Of a DNA stretch of 64,000 nt, positions 37,674 through 46,963 are shown piece by piece. The stretch lies in NCBI GenBank assembly GCA_965208885.1, contig CBDBPS010000002.1:1879538-1943537 (forward strand), written 5' to 3'. Position 1 is the first letter of the stretch; the number at the start of each line of letters is the position of its first letter. The position numbers and the translations under genes were made by a program. A model generated the notes under the pieces. That model saw nothing but the letters and a program-made list of their open reading frames with translations, was not told the DNA's origin and ran no database searches. The DNA is from Dehalococcoidia bacterium (GTDB lineage: Bacteria; Chloroflexota; Dehalococcoidia; UBA2979).

Positions 37674-37713
37674 GCGCAGTTTGACACAACTGGCCGCCGC
37701 GCGCTAGGTTGGT

Positions 37714-37737
37714 TGCTGTACCGATTACGGTACAGCA
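37714..37737. promoter_or_regulatory. Perfect inverted repeat TGCTGTACCG-ATTA-CGGTACAGCA in the divergent intergenic region. Candidate operator for the XRE regulator.
   Basis: It has 10-bp arms and a 4-nt spacer. It sits 30 nt upstream of the Ubl ATG and 40 nt upstream of the XRE start on the other strand. Confidence 0.6.
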
Positions 37738-37767
37738 GTGCGCAAGTGGTTCAGAGGAGGATCCGCG

Positions 37768-38019
37768 ATGCCTGACGACAAGGACAAGATCACGATCATT
37801 GTGAACGGCCGCGAGCGGATCGTCACGTCGGACGAGCTCTCGTTCAGCGAAGTGCTCGCACTCGCCTTCGACCCGGTGCCTTCGGGTCCGAACTGGGAGT
37901 TCACCGTCACCTACCGTAACGGCGCTGGCCGCCCGCCCGATGGTCGGCTCCGCCCCGGCGGTCAGGTCAAGGTCGAGGACGGAACCGTCTTCAATGCCAC
38001 CGCAACTGATAAGTCGTAG
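37768..38019 (+). CDS. Ubiquitin-like beta-grasp protein (multiubiquitin/Bub-type Ubl).
   Basis: The 83-aa protein reads MPDDKDKITIIVNGRERIVTSDELSFSEVLALAF... It has a strong SD (GAGGAGGA), and its stop overlaps the start of the E2/E1 fusion. It does not end in Gly-Gly. Confidence 0.6.
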   Translation: MPDDKDKITIIVNGRERIVTSDELSFSEVLALAFDPVPSGPNWEFTVTYRNGAGRPPDGRLRPGGQVKVEDGTVFNATATDKS

Positions 38020-39166
38020 CCCCGATCTCCAGCGGCTCGCAGACGAGGGCTACGAAATCGAGGTGCGCGGCGGCCACCTCCTGCTGAAGCAAGTTCCGTA
38101 CGTAACCGAGGAGCGTGTCGTCGAGCGCGCCACTCTCATCTCCCCACTCGACCTCGCAGGGGATGTCGCTGCCCGCCCGAGCAGTCATGTCGTGATGTTT
38201 ACTGGGCGGGCACCGTGCAACAGCGACGGGAAGCCTCTAAGCAACATCATTCATTCTGCTGGTCAGTGGGACCTGGGCGGCGGCCTGGTCGCTCGGCACA
38301 AGTTCTCAAGCAAGCCGGCAGCCGGCTACGCGGACTACTACGCGAAGATGTCGACGTACGCGGAAATCCTGTCCGGCTACGCGCAGGCCATCGACCCTGC
38401 AGCGACGGCTCGGACGTTCATTGTGGTCCCCGAGGAGGACACAAACTCGGTGTTCCAGTACGTCGATACAGCGTCGAGCCGGTCCGAAATCGCTGCGATC
38501 ACCGAGAAGCTCACGCTCGCTGCGGTAGCGATCGTTGGGCTCGGGGGCACGGGATCGTACATTCTCGATCTCGTCGCGAAGACGCCGGTCGGCGAGATCC
38601 ACCTCTTCGACGGCGACGTCTTTGGCCAGCACAACGCCTTCCGGGCTCCCGGCGCGCCATCGGTCAACGTACTCAGGGCACGACCCAGGAAGTCCGACTA
38701 CCTCCGCAGCATCTATTCCAACATGCACCGCAACATCATCAGTCACGGCTACCTCGATCAGGGCACAACCGACATTCTGTCATCCATGGACTTCGCGTTC
38801 GTGGCCGTGGATGACGCCGATGCCAGGAGGCTGGCGGTCGAGACGCTGCTGGGCGCCGGCGTACGGTTCGTCGATGTGGGGATGGGTGTTAGCGAGGTTG
38901 ACGGGGCGTTGCTCGGGCAGTTGCGAGTCACGTCTGCGACGCCGGACGACCGCGATCACGTTCTCTCGACGATCCCACTCATGCCCCCACCCGGGGATGA
39001 CGACTATTCGCAGAACATCCAGATCGCGGACCTCAACGCGCTGAACGCCGCCCTCGCCGTCCTTAAGTGGAAGAAGCTCATGGGGTTCTACCTGGATCTG
39101 GGACAGGAGCACTCCAGCTGGTACCAGATTGACGGCAACCACCTGGTCAATGAAGCGCGAGCATGA
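37994..39166 (+). CDS. E2-like (Prok-E2) domain fused to an E1/ThiF adenylyltransferase domain.
   Basis: The N-terminal ~130 aa contain HVVMFTGRAPCNSDGKPL, a candidate catalytic Cys. The ThiF Rossmann region reads VAIVGLGGTGSYILDLVAKTPVGEIHLFDGDVFGQHNAFR. A later conserved Asp-rich region reads FVAVDDADARRL. Confidence 0.7.
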   Translation: MPPQLISRSPDLQRLADEGYEIEVRGGHLLLKQVPYVTEERVVERATLISPLDLAGDVAARPSSHVVMFTGRAPCNSDGKPLSNIIHSAGQWDLGGGLVARHKFSSKPAAGYADYYAKMSTYAEILSGYAQAIDPAATARTFIVVPEEDTNSVFQYVDTASSRSEIAAITEKLTLAAVAIVGLGGTGSYILDLVAKTPVGEIHLFDGDVFGQHNAFRAPGAPSVNVLRARPRKSDYLRSIYSNMHRNIISHGYLDQGTTDILSSMDFAFVAVDDADARRLAVETLLGAGVRFVDVGMGVSEVDGALLGQLRVTSATPDDRDHVLSTIPLMPPPGDDDYSQNIQIADLNALNAALAVLKWKKLMGFYLDLGQEHSSWYQIDGNHLVNEARA

Positions 39167-39528
39167 GCCGTAGAGCGGCCCTCGATCACGAGTTCGTCCA
39201 TCACATCCCAGAGCATCTTGCCGATGGGGTGCTGTACGTCTCTGTCGCCTTCGCGACGGCCCTGCACAGGTGTTGCTGCGGATGCGGCAACGAGGTCGTG
39301 ACCCCGCTCAGCTCACACGATTGGAGCCTGACCTTTGACGGCGAGTCGATCTCTCTCTGCCCGTCGATAGGCAACTCGAGCTTCGAGTGCCAGTCGCACT
39401 ACTACATCCGGCGCAACAAAGTCATCTGGCTGCGCTCCTTCGCGGAGACGGAGTCTGAGCGACGCCTGCCTCTCTGGCGGCGGATCGTGCCGAGGTGGCT
39501 GAAGGTGCCGAGAGCGGGTCGAAGGTGA
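39163..39528 (+). CDS. Small Cys-rich (probable Zn-binding) protein, translationally coupled to the E2/E1 gene.
   Basis: An ATGA overlap joins it to the upstream gene. The Cys cluster reads HRCCCGCGNE...LCPS...ECQSHYY. There is no JAMM HxH motif. Confidence 0.5.
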   Translation: MSRRAALDHEFVHHIPEHLADGVLYVSVAFATALHRCCCGCGNEVVTPLSSHDWSLTFDGESISLCPSIGNSSFECQSHYYIRRNKVIWLRSFAETESERRLPLWRRIVPRWLKVPRAGRR

Positions 39529-39612
39529 CCCGCGCGAAACTCGGAGACACACGTTGAGGGTCGACCAGTGAGGCAACACTAGCCCGGCGGCCCGCAGCTC
39601 AGGGTATGAACC

Positions 39613-40479
39613 ATGGCTGAAAACGCTGAACCGCGACCACCGTTTCCTGCAGACTACGAGTCCTCGCGCCGGCGAGTCATATTGGCGCTCGTCGCGTACC
39701 GCTACAACGACTTCGCAAGGCTGCACCAGATGCTCACTTGGTGTGATCCGCGAGTCCCGCGCAACTGGTCAAGCTGGGCTCCCCTCTTCCTCCCGGCTGT
39801 GCTTCTCGTGATCATCGGGTCAGTACTCGATCACGCAGGTGTGAATGATGCGACGGAACTTGCAGCTGCACTCTTCCTGCTTGTCGGGATCCCCTTCTCG
39901 TACGCGTTCCTCGTTGGGTTTCCACTGGCTTGGCTACTGACGAGTGCGCTCAGCCCCCAAGTTAGAGCGTCCCTCGAGCGCCGAGTGCGTGAGTGCTTGG
40001 TGACGTTCTTCGATCTGTACGGCAAATCGATCCCCACCGGAGACGGAAATCGAGGCTCGCTCACCGCATTGGGGGACGACCTAGGGCCCGTGAATCGGCC
40101 ACGCCCGAGCCTATCGGCCTGGAGTAAAGCCTGGGTGCTCCTCATCGGCACCTCTGCGGTGTTCGTGCGCAGCTGGGTTGGAGACGGGAGCGATGCGGAA
40201 TCGCTTACCGCGTTCGTTGAGGCATCGTCCTCGTCCTGGAGCATTCCTGCGCTCCTGATTGGGCTCTCGCTCATCGTCACCTCGCGCTTGGCCGAACAGG
40301 CAAACCGCGATCTCTATGAGGCTGAACTGCAACCCCCACTGAAGGAGCTGTCCGCAGAGTTCGGGAATGTGGCCGACTTGGCTCGATACCCCGGTTCTCT
40401 TGTGACCGACGTTGTGGGTGTGGCGGGGGTGGCCTTGGTCACAGCGGCGGTCGTGGCACTCGCCGCGAACCTAACGTAG
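39613..40479 (+). CDS. Predicted integral membrane protein (4-5 TM helices), last gene of the Ubl cluster.
   Basis: Hydrophobic segments include WAPLFLPAVLLVIIGSVL, AAALFLLVGIPFSYAFLVGFPLAWLLTSAL, WVLLIGTSAVFV and VGVAGVALVTAAVVALAANL. An SD sits before the ATG. Confidence 0.55.
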   Translation: MAENAEPRPPFPADYESSRRRVILALVAYRYNDFARLHQMLTWCDPRVPRNWSSWAPLFLPAVLLVIIGSVLDHAGVNDATELAAALFLLVGIPFSYAFLVGFPLAWLLTSALSPQVRASLERRVRECLVTFFDLYGKSIPTGDGNRGSLTALGDDLGPVNRPRPSLSAWSKAWVLLIGTSAVFVRSWVGDGSDAESLTAFVEASSSSWSIPALLIGLSLIVTSRLAEQANRDLYEAELQPPLKELSAEFGNVADLARYPGSLVTDVVGVAGVALVTAAVVALAANLT

Positions 40480-40662
40480 CGACGGTACACGCAGCCGTCG
40501 TGGCGAGAGCTCCACGACGGGACGCGCATCACCCCTGGCGCGTAAGGTCCAACATCCTGAGCTGAACCCCGCCCTACGAGCTCGCGCGGGGGCAAGGCAG
40601 TGCGTTCCAGCTGGAGTAGGGTTTGCTAGCATCGACGCTAGAGGAAGCGACGGGGAGGGTGC

Positions 40663-40893
40663 GTGCCTGAGCCACAGAACGTGACAGATGCCGAACCTGC
40701 CGAGGTTGGCCGCACGATGGCGAACCAGCTGCTAGCGTGGCGCCCAACAATGAACTCGGAAGATGTATCGAGAGCCATGATGCGTGCTCTTGAGCACTAT
40801 TCCGCACGAACTGAAGGATCGTCTGAGTCAGGACTCCGAAGGATCATCTACCACTTGCAAGATGCCCTGGAACAGCGGCTGAGGTCCATCTAA
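40663..40893 (+). CDS. Hypothetical small protein (76 aa).
   Basis: ORF only. No recognisable motif. Confidence 0.25.
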   Translation: MPEPQNVTDAEPAEVGRTMANQLLAWRPTMNSEDVSRAMMRALEHYSARTEGSSESGLRRIIYHLQDALEQRLRSI

Positions 40894-40902
40894 GGGGCAG
40901 GC

Positions 40903-42111
40903 CTACGGCGCCCCTGACGCTTGCGTGTCGGCGGCCGACGGGAGCGCTGGGATCGCTCGGGACTCTGGGAATTCGATAGCGTAGTTCGGAGTGAACGGCT
41001 GGGTTGTGACTCGGGCCGACTCGATGCGATCAAGCCGGTACGCTCGGTGCTCACGACTCTCCGCCCGTAGCGCGTGGAGAAGGATGTCCCCCGCCCGTGA
41101 CTGCCTCAACGAGTACGGCTCAATCAGCCGATTCCCACCCTGGTACCCAAGATCAACGAGCAAGCGGTTCACAGCTGCAAACCGGACGGGCTCAATGCGG
41201 TTCCCCAACCCCGTCGTCCAGAAGGTCGGTGGCGGTGTCCAGAGATCGTCCTCCGCCGCCAGCGGTAAGGGCTCAGGGGACTCTTCACCGTTGAGCCAGG
41301 CGAAGAGCCGCGGCAGCTCGGACCAGAAGTGGTTGAAGTCCGGGAGGGCTCTCAACTGGTGGTCGAGCATGTTCGCCCACTCGGTTTCGAGCTCGTCGAA
41401 CATCGGGGAAGTCCGGATGCTCTCGACTGAAGGGATGGCGATCCCTTTCGACGAGCACTTCTCGGCCAGGATCTCGCGGACGAGTGCGGCGTATGGCAAG
41501 AAGTCCGGCCGACGGAAGAGGTTGATGATGTCGTAGAGGTCCCGCGGCCTCGACCGCTCGCCCATTGCGCGCAGCTTCTCGGCGAAGACTTCTTCGAAGC
41601 GGTAGCAGCGAACTTGCGCCGGCTCGGGCAGTGCATCGGGATAGTCGTGGCTGATGGACCTCAGGACCGACGGCCGCACCACGACTTCGTCTGTGGTCAG
41701 GTCGAGCTTGATGCTCGCTGGACCGGGCGCGTTGCGCGGCCCGCGATAGTAGAGTCGCCCCTCTGCTGATGCTCCGGACGAACGGCTCCTGCAGATGGGT
41801 GGTCGCACCGCGAAGTCGATGCCGGACTCCTGACTGACACGGTCGAGTACACGCTCGACCGCCGCGAGCACCTCTTCCGGCTCTATCGGCCCCTCTTCAA
41901 GAACCGTGAAGTCGAGGTCCTCGGAGAACCGGTACGTCTCGATGTAGCACTTCTTCAGGCACGTCCCGCCCTTGAAAACCCATGTCCGGCCGAGTAGCGG
42001 GTCGGCCCCGATACCCCAGAGCACCCACCCGAGGGCGTAGTCCTTCTCGACTACGTCCTCGCGGAGACCCCAGGCGCGCACGCGGTCGTCGATATCGGCT
42101 CGCCCGATCAC
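40903..42111 (-). CDS. abiEii: AbiEii/AbiGii-family nucleotidyltransferase toxin (type IV TA / abortive infection) with a ~100-aa C-terminal extension.
   Basis: VFKGGTCLKKCYIETYRFSEDLDF matches the GGTAL...RFSEDLD nucleotidyltransferase signature. The GTG start overlaps the stop of the upstream AbiEi gene (GTGA). Confidence 0.75.
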   Translation of the reverse strand: MIGRADIDDRVRAWGLREDVVEKDYALGWVLWGIGADPLLGRTWVFKGGTCLKKCYIETYRFSEDLDFTVLEEGPIEPEEVLAAVERVLDRVSQESGIDFAVRPPICRSRSSGASAEGRLYYRGPRNAPGPASIKLDLTTDEVVVRPSVLRSISHDYPDALPEPAQVRCYRFEEVFAEKLRAMGERSRPRDLYDIINLFRRPDFLPYAALVREILAEKCSSKGIAIPSVESIRTSPMFDELETEWANMLDHQLRALPDFNHFWSELPRLFAWLNGEESPEPLPLAAEDDLWTPPPTFWTTGLGNRIEPVRFAAVNRLLVDLGYQGGNRLIEPYSLRQSRAGDILLHALRAESREHRAYRLDRIESARVTTQPFTPNYAIEFPESRAIPALPSAADTQASGAP

Positions 42112-42977
42112 GACTGAACCTCGTTACTGGGAGCAAGCCGTGCGCTGTTCACACGGAGATTCCAACGCGAGACGATCCGGCCTTCCCTCGGGCCAGCAGG
42201 ATCGAGCCAACTCAGCCCGCGAGTGATCCGACTGTGACATGCGCCGATGAAGCTAGCGTCCGCAAGCTGCTCTCGCTCCGCCAGGTACCCGAGGCGCTTG
42301 AAGACGGTCCCGCGGCCCAGCCGGTCGCCGTACTGCAGGAGACGTGCTGGATCGGCACCGGCACTCTCGAAGTACGTGGTGAGGACTTCGGAGGCATGCA
42401 GCGCACCTCCCGCCGCACCCGGCACGTCGAGAACATCGATGATGGTGCGGTGTGGGTCGGACACATCGACAGCCACCTGTCGGCGCCAGACACGCCGCGT
42501 GCCGAACAGCGCCTCCCTGGGCACGCTCCGAATGGTGAAGTCCGTACCCTGAACCAACTGTCGAGTAGGCGTGACCTTCTTTCCAGCGACGACGTAGATG
42601 ACGCTGAAGATCTGGTCCGTCAGCCCCCAGTGCTCTGCGGCGCTCCAACCTCCGATGTAACCTGGACTGAACAGGGTTGCGGCCACGATCCATGGATCTT
42701 CTCGCCACTCGCTCGGCTCGGAGGCCTCAAGCGGGACTGCGATGTACCAGCCTGGGCGCACACGCGAGAGCCAGCCGCCAGCAGCGAGCGCCGCGAGCAG
42801 ACGGCGCGTGGGTCCGATCGCCGTACCGAGCACCGACGCTGCCTGAGTGGCGTTGAACGGACCAGGGAACCTCCGATGAAGCACGGCCAGCTGCGCTCGC
42901 CGCCGACGCCCGAGGCCGGCTGCCAAGCTGTCCTCGCGGTACATCGTGACTCGATTGTCTTCTGTGAGACTGGACAC
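42108..42977 (-). CDS. abiEi: AbiEi-family antitoxin / transcriptional regulator.
   Basis: The 289-aa protein lies immediately upstream of, and overlaps, the AbiEii gene. Its length and position are typical of AbiEi. The N-terminal winged-helix-like region reads LHRRFPGPFNATQAASVLGTAIGPTRRLLAALAAGGWL. Confidence 0.65.
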   Translation of the reverse strand: MSSLTEDNRVTMYREDSLAAGLGRRRRAQLAVLHRRFPGPFNATQAASVLGTAIGPTRRLLAALAAGGWLSRVRPGWYIAVPLEASEPSEWREDPWIVAATLFSPGYIGGWSAAEHWGLTDQIFSVIYVVAGKKVTPTRQLVQGTDFTIRSVPREALFGTRRVWRRQVAVDVSDPHRTIIDVLDVPGAAGGALHASEVLTTYFESAGADPARLLQYGDRLGRGTVFKRLGYLAEREQLADASFIGACHSRITRGLSWLDPAGPREGRIVSRWNLRVNSARLAPSNEVQS

Positions 42978-43246
42978 TTTGCCCTCGCAATGTAGGTCAG
43001 TATATCAGAGGACGTGACTTTTCTTCCATAGAGTGAACTGTGGACTTTCAGTATACCGAGGCCCTCCTCCAGAACAGCGACCCGAGATCCCGACGCTCAC
43101 CGCGAACGAGCTCGAATCCGGTAAGGATGCCGCCCACGGCGCTCTTCCGGCTCACCCCAGGAACTCCGGGCCAAGACATCGGCGAGGCTGTGCTGGAATG
43201 TCGGTACTTATTGACATCGTCCGACGTATCAAAGCACTATCGGGCC

Positions 43247-43849
43247 ATGAGCAAAGCGGGCACGGAAGAGATCCTCGACCTCGTGCGAGAGGCCGGGCTG
43301 GTACGTCCGCGCGACCTCGAGTCGGCCGGCGTTCCGGGAGGCTCCCTCGCGCAACTGGCGCAGAGAGGTCTGCTGGAGAGGCTCGGCCGTGGCCTGTATG
43401 CGGTGCCCGGTGCCGCACCAAGTGAGCACCGCTCGCTCGCGGAGGTCTCGAAGCGGACGCCACGAGGGGTAGTCTGCCTGCTCTCGGCAGTGCGCTTTCA
43501 CGGACTCACTACCCAGGCGCCGGCCGAGGTCTGGCTGGCGATCGGGCCAAAGGATCGGGCCCCGAGGGAGCACAGCGTGCACCTGCGGATCGTGCGCGCC
43601 TCGGGCGAGGCGCGCGATGCAGGCGTCGAGACACATGTCGTCGAGGGCGTGCCTGTCCGCGTCTACGGTGCGGCGAAGACCGTGGCGGACTGCTTCAAGT
43701 TCAGGAACCAGATTGGCACCGACATCGCTGTCGAGGCGCTGCGCGACTGCCTCGAACAGCGCCGCTGCACCGCCGACGAACTCTTCGAATACGCTCGCGT
43801 CTGCCGCGTCTCGCGCGTGATGCGCCCCTACTTGGAGGCACTCGCATGA
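43247..43849 (+). CDS. Orphan AbiEi-like antitoxin domain protein with no downstream toxin gene. The ORF is open from 43040.
   Basis: EEILDLVREAGLVRPRDLESAGVPGGSLAQLAQRGLLERLGRGLYA is typical of the AbiEi_4 N-terminal domain. Downstream there is only a short ORF and then small conserved ORF copy 2. Confidence 0.6.
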   Translation: MSKAGTEEILDLVREAGLVRPRDLESAGVPGGSLAQLAQRGLLERLGRGLYAVPGAAPSEHRSLAEVSKRTPRGVVCLLSAVRFHGLTTQAPAEVWLAIGPKDRAPREHSVHLRIVRASGEARDAGVETHVVEGVPVRVYGAAKTVADCFKFRNQIGTDIAVEALRDCLEQRRCTADELFEYARVCRVSRVMRPYLEALA

Positions 43850-44176
43850 GTCCCGAGCTTCTGTTGGTCCCTATCGACGCCCGGGCGGGACGCGCCTGAC
43901 CGGGTTCCGAGACGAAGGCGTCTCCTTCGGGGCTCGCGAACTGCCGCTTCAGCGCCGTGAGAGCCTCGATGAGTTCCGGGGCCTCGCACCGCGCGGCGTC
44001 TTCGACAGCGAGCCGGCATGCGCTCGCGAAGAACACGATCCAAAGGCTGACACCGGCGAGGGCCCGCTCGGAATCGGGCGCGCCTTCGTAGGGCGTCTCT
44101 GAGATGCCCTTACCGAGGGCGCTGACACCCTCCGAGACCGCCAACCGCGATTTCTCACCACGGGAGGAAACAAGGT

Positions 44177-44236
44177 ATGAAGCTGCGGTCGTGCGAAAGG
44201 GGATGCGCCCGGATCTACGTCGTGCTGTCCTTCTGA
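44177..44236 (+). CDS. Conserved 19-codon small ORF, copy 2 (MKLRSCERGCARIYVVLSF), with a GGGAGGA SD.
   Basis: See copy 1. The element spans ~44149-44236. Confidence 0.5.
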   Translation: MKLRSCERGCARIYVVLSF

Positions 44237-44463
44237 GGCCCATCACTCGTGGCGCCGATGGTCATCCTCAAGTGGCTCCTGCAGCCACGCCGGAACGTCC
44301 CGCGCCCATGCACCACCCCTCAGGGCATCGACGTCCGCCTCTCGCTCGACGTAGTCGACTGAGTCGCTCAGTCGGTGAAACGGTGCGCGAAGGGCGGCGG
44401 ACGCGGGCGCGGACGGAGCAATTCAGTCAGACCAGCCAACACGCGTCGACCCACACCCAGCAA

Positions 44464-45885
44464 CTACATGATCAGGTGGTCGAATTTCTCCTTGAGGAAC
44501 CCGAACGTCTCATCCCTTTTCCGCGCTTCAACCAACTGCCGGAGGTCATCATCGTCCAAGAAAATGATGAATCCTCGGTCATCGCTCGCCGTGTCTCGGA
44601 GACGACTCTGGAGTAGCTCGCGGTTTTCCACGGTCCGGACCGCCAGAATCCCAAATTGTCCTCGGTTCGGTGAGAATCGGCCCGCAAGTTGGTCGACTTC
44701 CGGATTGGCAGGATCGGCGGAGTAGTTCTTGCATTCGATAAACACATGCTGACTCGGGTAGTTGTTCCCCAGCCATCGGAAGAAGCCTTGCTCGGCGATG
44801 TTCGCATAGGAAATGTCGATTCGCTTGCGGCCACTATGCAGTCGTTCCTCGATTCGAGGGAACGAGAGGGCTGGATAAAAAACCGCCGTGAGAAGGGCCT
44901 CCACTGAACGATGATATCGGTCCGAGCATTCCGGGCCGGGCGGGAGCGAAGTCACCGCCTGCAGTAGGGTGTCCCAGTCGGGCGTATCGACGCCGACATA
45001 AGCAGCCACCCCCTCGTGATTCAACGGAGGTGTGATTCGCCCTGCCTTGGACGCCCGATACGTCTCGAGAAGCTCTGGGGTTTCGAGGGTGAAATCTATC
45101 GCTACCTGCTTCCCCTGGCCATACTTCTTGATTAGGTCTGACTTCGTGACGTGCGGCACTTTGCCTACGAGTCGGACTAGTTCTGTGGTTGCCTCAAGCT
45201 CCCGTGCTTGCAACGCCGGGAGAATGAAGTGCCGATAGTACTCACCGACATCGAAGTCCATTCGTCGGCGAACAATCGACTTCGGTACCAATAGGAGTCG
45301 TCTGTTATCGACGATTGGCAGGTCCACGTAGTCCTCGAACCATTCCTCGGCCTGCGGATCCCACATGGGACCTGAGGCGACACCGCTAGTGACCGGGATC
45401 CCATACCATTCGGATGCTTCTTGTGTGTACCGGATGAGGGGTTGGCGGATGACGTTCGTTGCGATATCAGAAACGATGTCGCTCGCGACACCCGGTACCA
45501 TCAGGACAGTGTCCTCTAGATCTTGGAGAAGGCCGCTCTTGGCTGCCTCACTGTCCTTTAGGGCATTCCCCACATCCCGCGCGGACTGGCTCCCGAGTCC
45601 GCGTCCCCTCGCTTGACCCGTCGAGAACCCGAGATGGGTTTCGTTCGGCTCTCGCAACATTCGTAGCAGCCCGACCGCAGTCTCATCATCCCCCTCGTGT
45701 ATCGAGCGAAGAACTCGGCGAAAGAAGTCCTGTATCAGGGCGACGCACTCCTGGCCCCACGGTGTGTTGAAGCGGCGAAGTGCACGGGGATCCACGAAGA
45801 TCCGCACATCGGTGGCTAGATCAACGTCAACAAAATCAACCTCTGGCTGCGTCTTCGCTAGACCAAAGTGAGCAGTGACGCGCAA
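44464..45885 (-). CDS. Hypothetical 473-aa protein with a putative C-terminal PD-(D/E)xK nuclease motif.
   Basis: A TTG start is preceded by GAGGGG. The C-terminal RKRIDISYANIA ... HVFIECKNY fits a D...ExK restriction-endonuclease-like core. No other family is recognised. Confidence 0.45.
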   Translation of the reverse strand: MRVTAHFGLAKTQPEVDFVDVDLATDVRIFVDPRALRRFNTPWGQECVALIQDFFRRVLRSIHEGDDETAVGLLRMLREPNETHLGFSTGQARGRGLGSQSARDVGNALKDSEAAKSGLLQDLEDTVLMVPGVASDIVSDIATNVIRQPLIRYTQEASEWYGIPVTSGVASGPMWDPQAEEWFEDYVDLPIVDNRRLLLVPKSIVRRRMDFDVGEYYRHFILPALQARELEATTELVRLVGKVPHVTKSDLIKKYGQGKQVAIDFTLETPELLETYRASKAGRITPPLNHEGVAAYVGVDTPDWDTLLQAVTSLPPGPECSDRYHRSVEALLTAVFYPALSFPRIEERLHSGRKRIDISYANIAEQGFFRWLGNNYPSQHVFIECKNYSADPANPEVDQLAGRFSPNRGQFGILAVRTVENRELLQSRLRDTASDDRGFIIFLDDDDLRQLVEARKRDETFGFLKEKFDHLIM

Positions 45886-46104
45886 GGTCCCCTCGTTTCC
45901 TCCGATTCGTCAGATTGCAGGCAACGGTCTGCTGCCGCGGTCATCCCGGCGAGTGCGGTGAGAGGATTGTACGTGATGTGCCCACACTGTAGCTGAGGCG
46001 GAGAGCGCGTCAGGCTCTTCGTTCACGTTGGGGACTGTGACCGTCACAGACGCGCCGATCACGCCACCCAAGGCTTCCTAGAGGCGTTCACGGTGAGCAT
46101 GGGG

Positions 46105-46963
46105 CTAGCTGTCCTTCCCACGAACGTTGTTTACAGGCGTGAGGCGGGGACAGCCCCGCCGATGCCGCCGTGTGGCCGGCGAGCATTGTAGCGGTAGAGC
46201 CAGCGCGGGAGCTGGTGCAGCCGCTCGGCGTTGGAGCGGTAGGGGCGGGTCTAGCCCACTCGTTCTGCAGGATCTGGATGAAGCGCTCGGCCTTCCCGTT
46301 TGTTTGCGGGCGGTAGGGCCGGGTGTGACGCAGTTCCACCCCTGCGGCGGCGGCCACGCCGCGGAAGCCGCGCGCCACGGTGTAGGCCTTCGCGTTGTCC
46401 GTGAGCACGCGCCTGACGCGCACGCCGCGCCTGACGCGCACGCCGCGGCGTGCGAACGCCGCGAGCGCCTGCTTGAGGAAAGCGGCGCAGCTGGCGCCGC
46501 GCTCGTCGGGCAGCACGTCGACGTAGGCGTAGCGGCTGTGGTCGTCGACGGCGACATGCAGGTAGTCGAGGCTGCGCGTGCGCGGGGTTGCCGCGGAGCG
46601 CCCGCGCACGCAGTGTCCGCCGCCGTCGGGGATGCGGCCCAGCTTCTCCAGTTCCGGCGAGGTGCGGCGCGGATTCGAGCGCGGAGCGGAGGCGCGGTCC
46701 TCGAGTCCGGCGGCGCCTTCCTCGCGGTAGAGCCGCCACCACCTGGCGACCGTGGGGGGAGACCCGGAAGCGCCGGGTAACCTCGGCCTGGGGGTAGCCG
46801 GCTTCGACCTCCCTGACCATCTCCCGCCGGGTCACCGGCGTCAAACGCGCGTTAGGATGTGCCACGAGAGGCTCCTCTCCTGCTACTGGTGCGTTCGTTT
46901 CACACACACAGCAGCAGGCGGAGCCCCTCACCTGTCAACAACCTACGTGGGAACTACACCTAG
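46105..46963 (-). mobile_element. IS481-family insertion sequence relic (~0.85 kb) with imperfect terminal inverted repeats and a frameshifted, internally deleted DDE transposase.
   Basis: TIRs are CTAGGTGTAGTTCCCACGTAGGTTGTTGACAG (46932-46963, rc) and CTAGCTGTCCTTCCCACGAACGTTGTTTACAG (46105-46136). The N-terminal HTH begins VAHPNARLTPVTRREMVREVEAGYPQAEV. The rve core reads DYLHVAVDDHSRYAYVDVL...VLTDNAKAY...RPYRPQTNGKAERFIQILQNEW. The C-terminal LYRYNARRPHGGIGG lies in a third frame. An 18-nt tandem duplication cgcctgacgcgcacgccg occurs at ~46411-46446. Confidence 0.7.

Noticed and set aside
44104-44616. 170-aa ORF reading through junction element copy 2 in a different frame (…RYEAAVVRKGMRPDLRR…).
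   Set aside because: The conserved coding signal is in the other frame, the 19-codon ORF. This frame is not conserved between the three copies.
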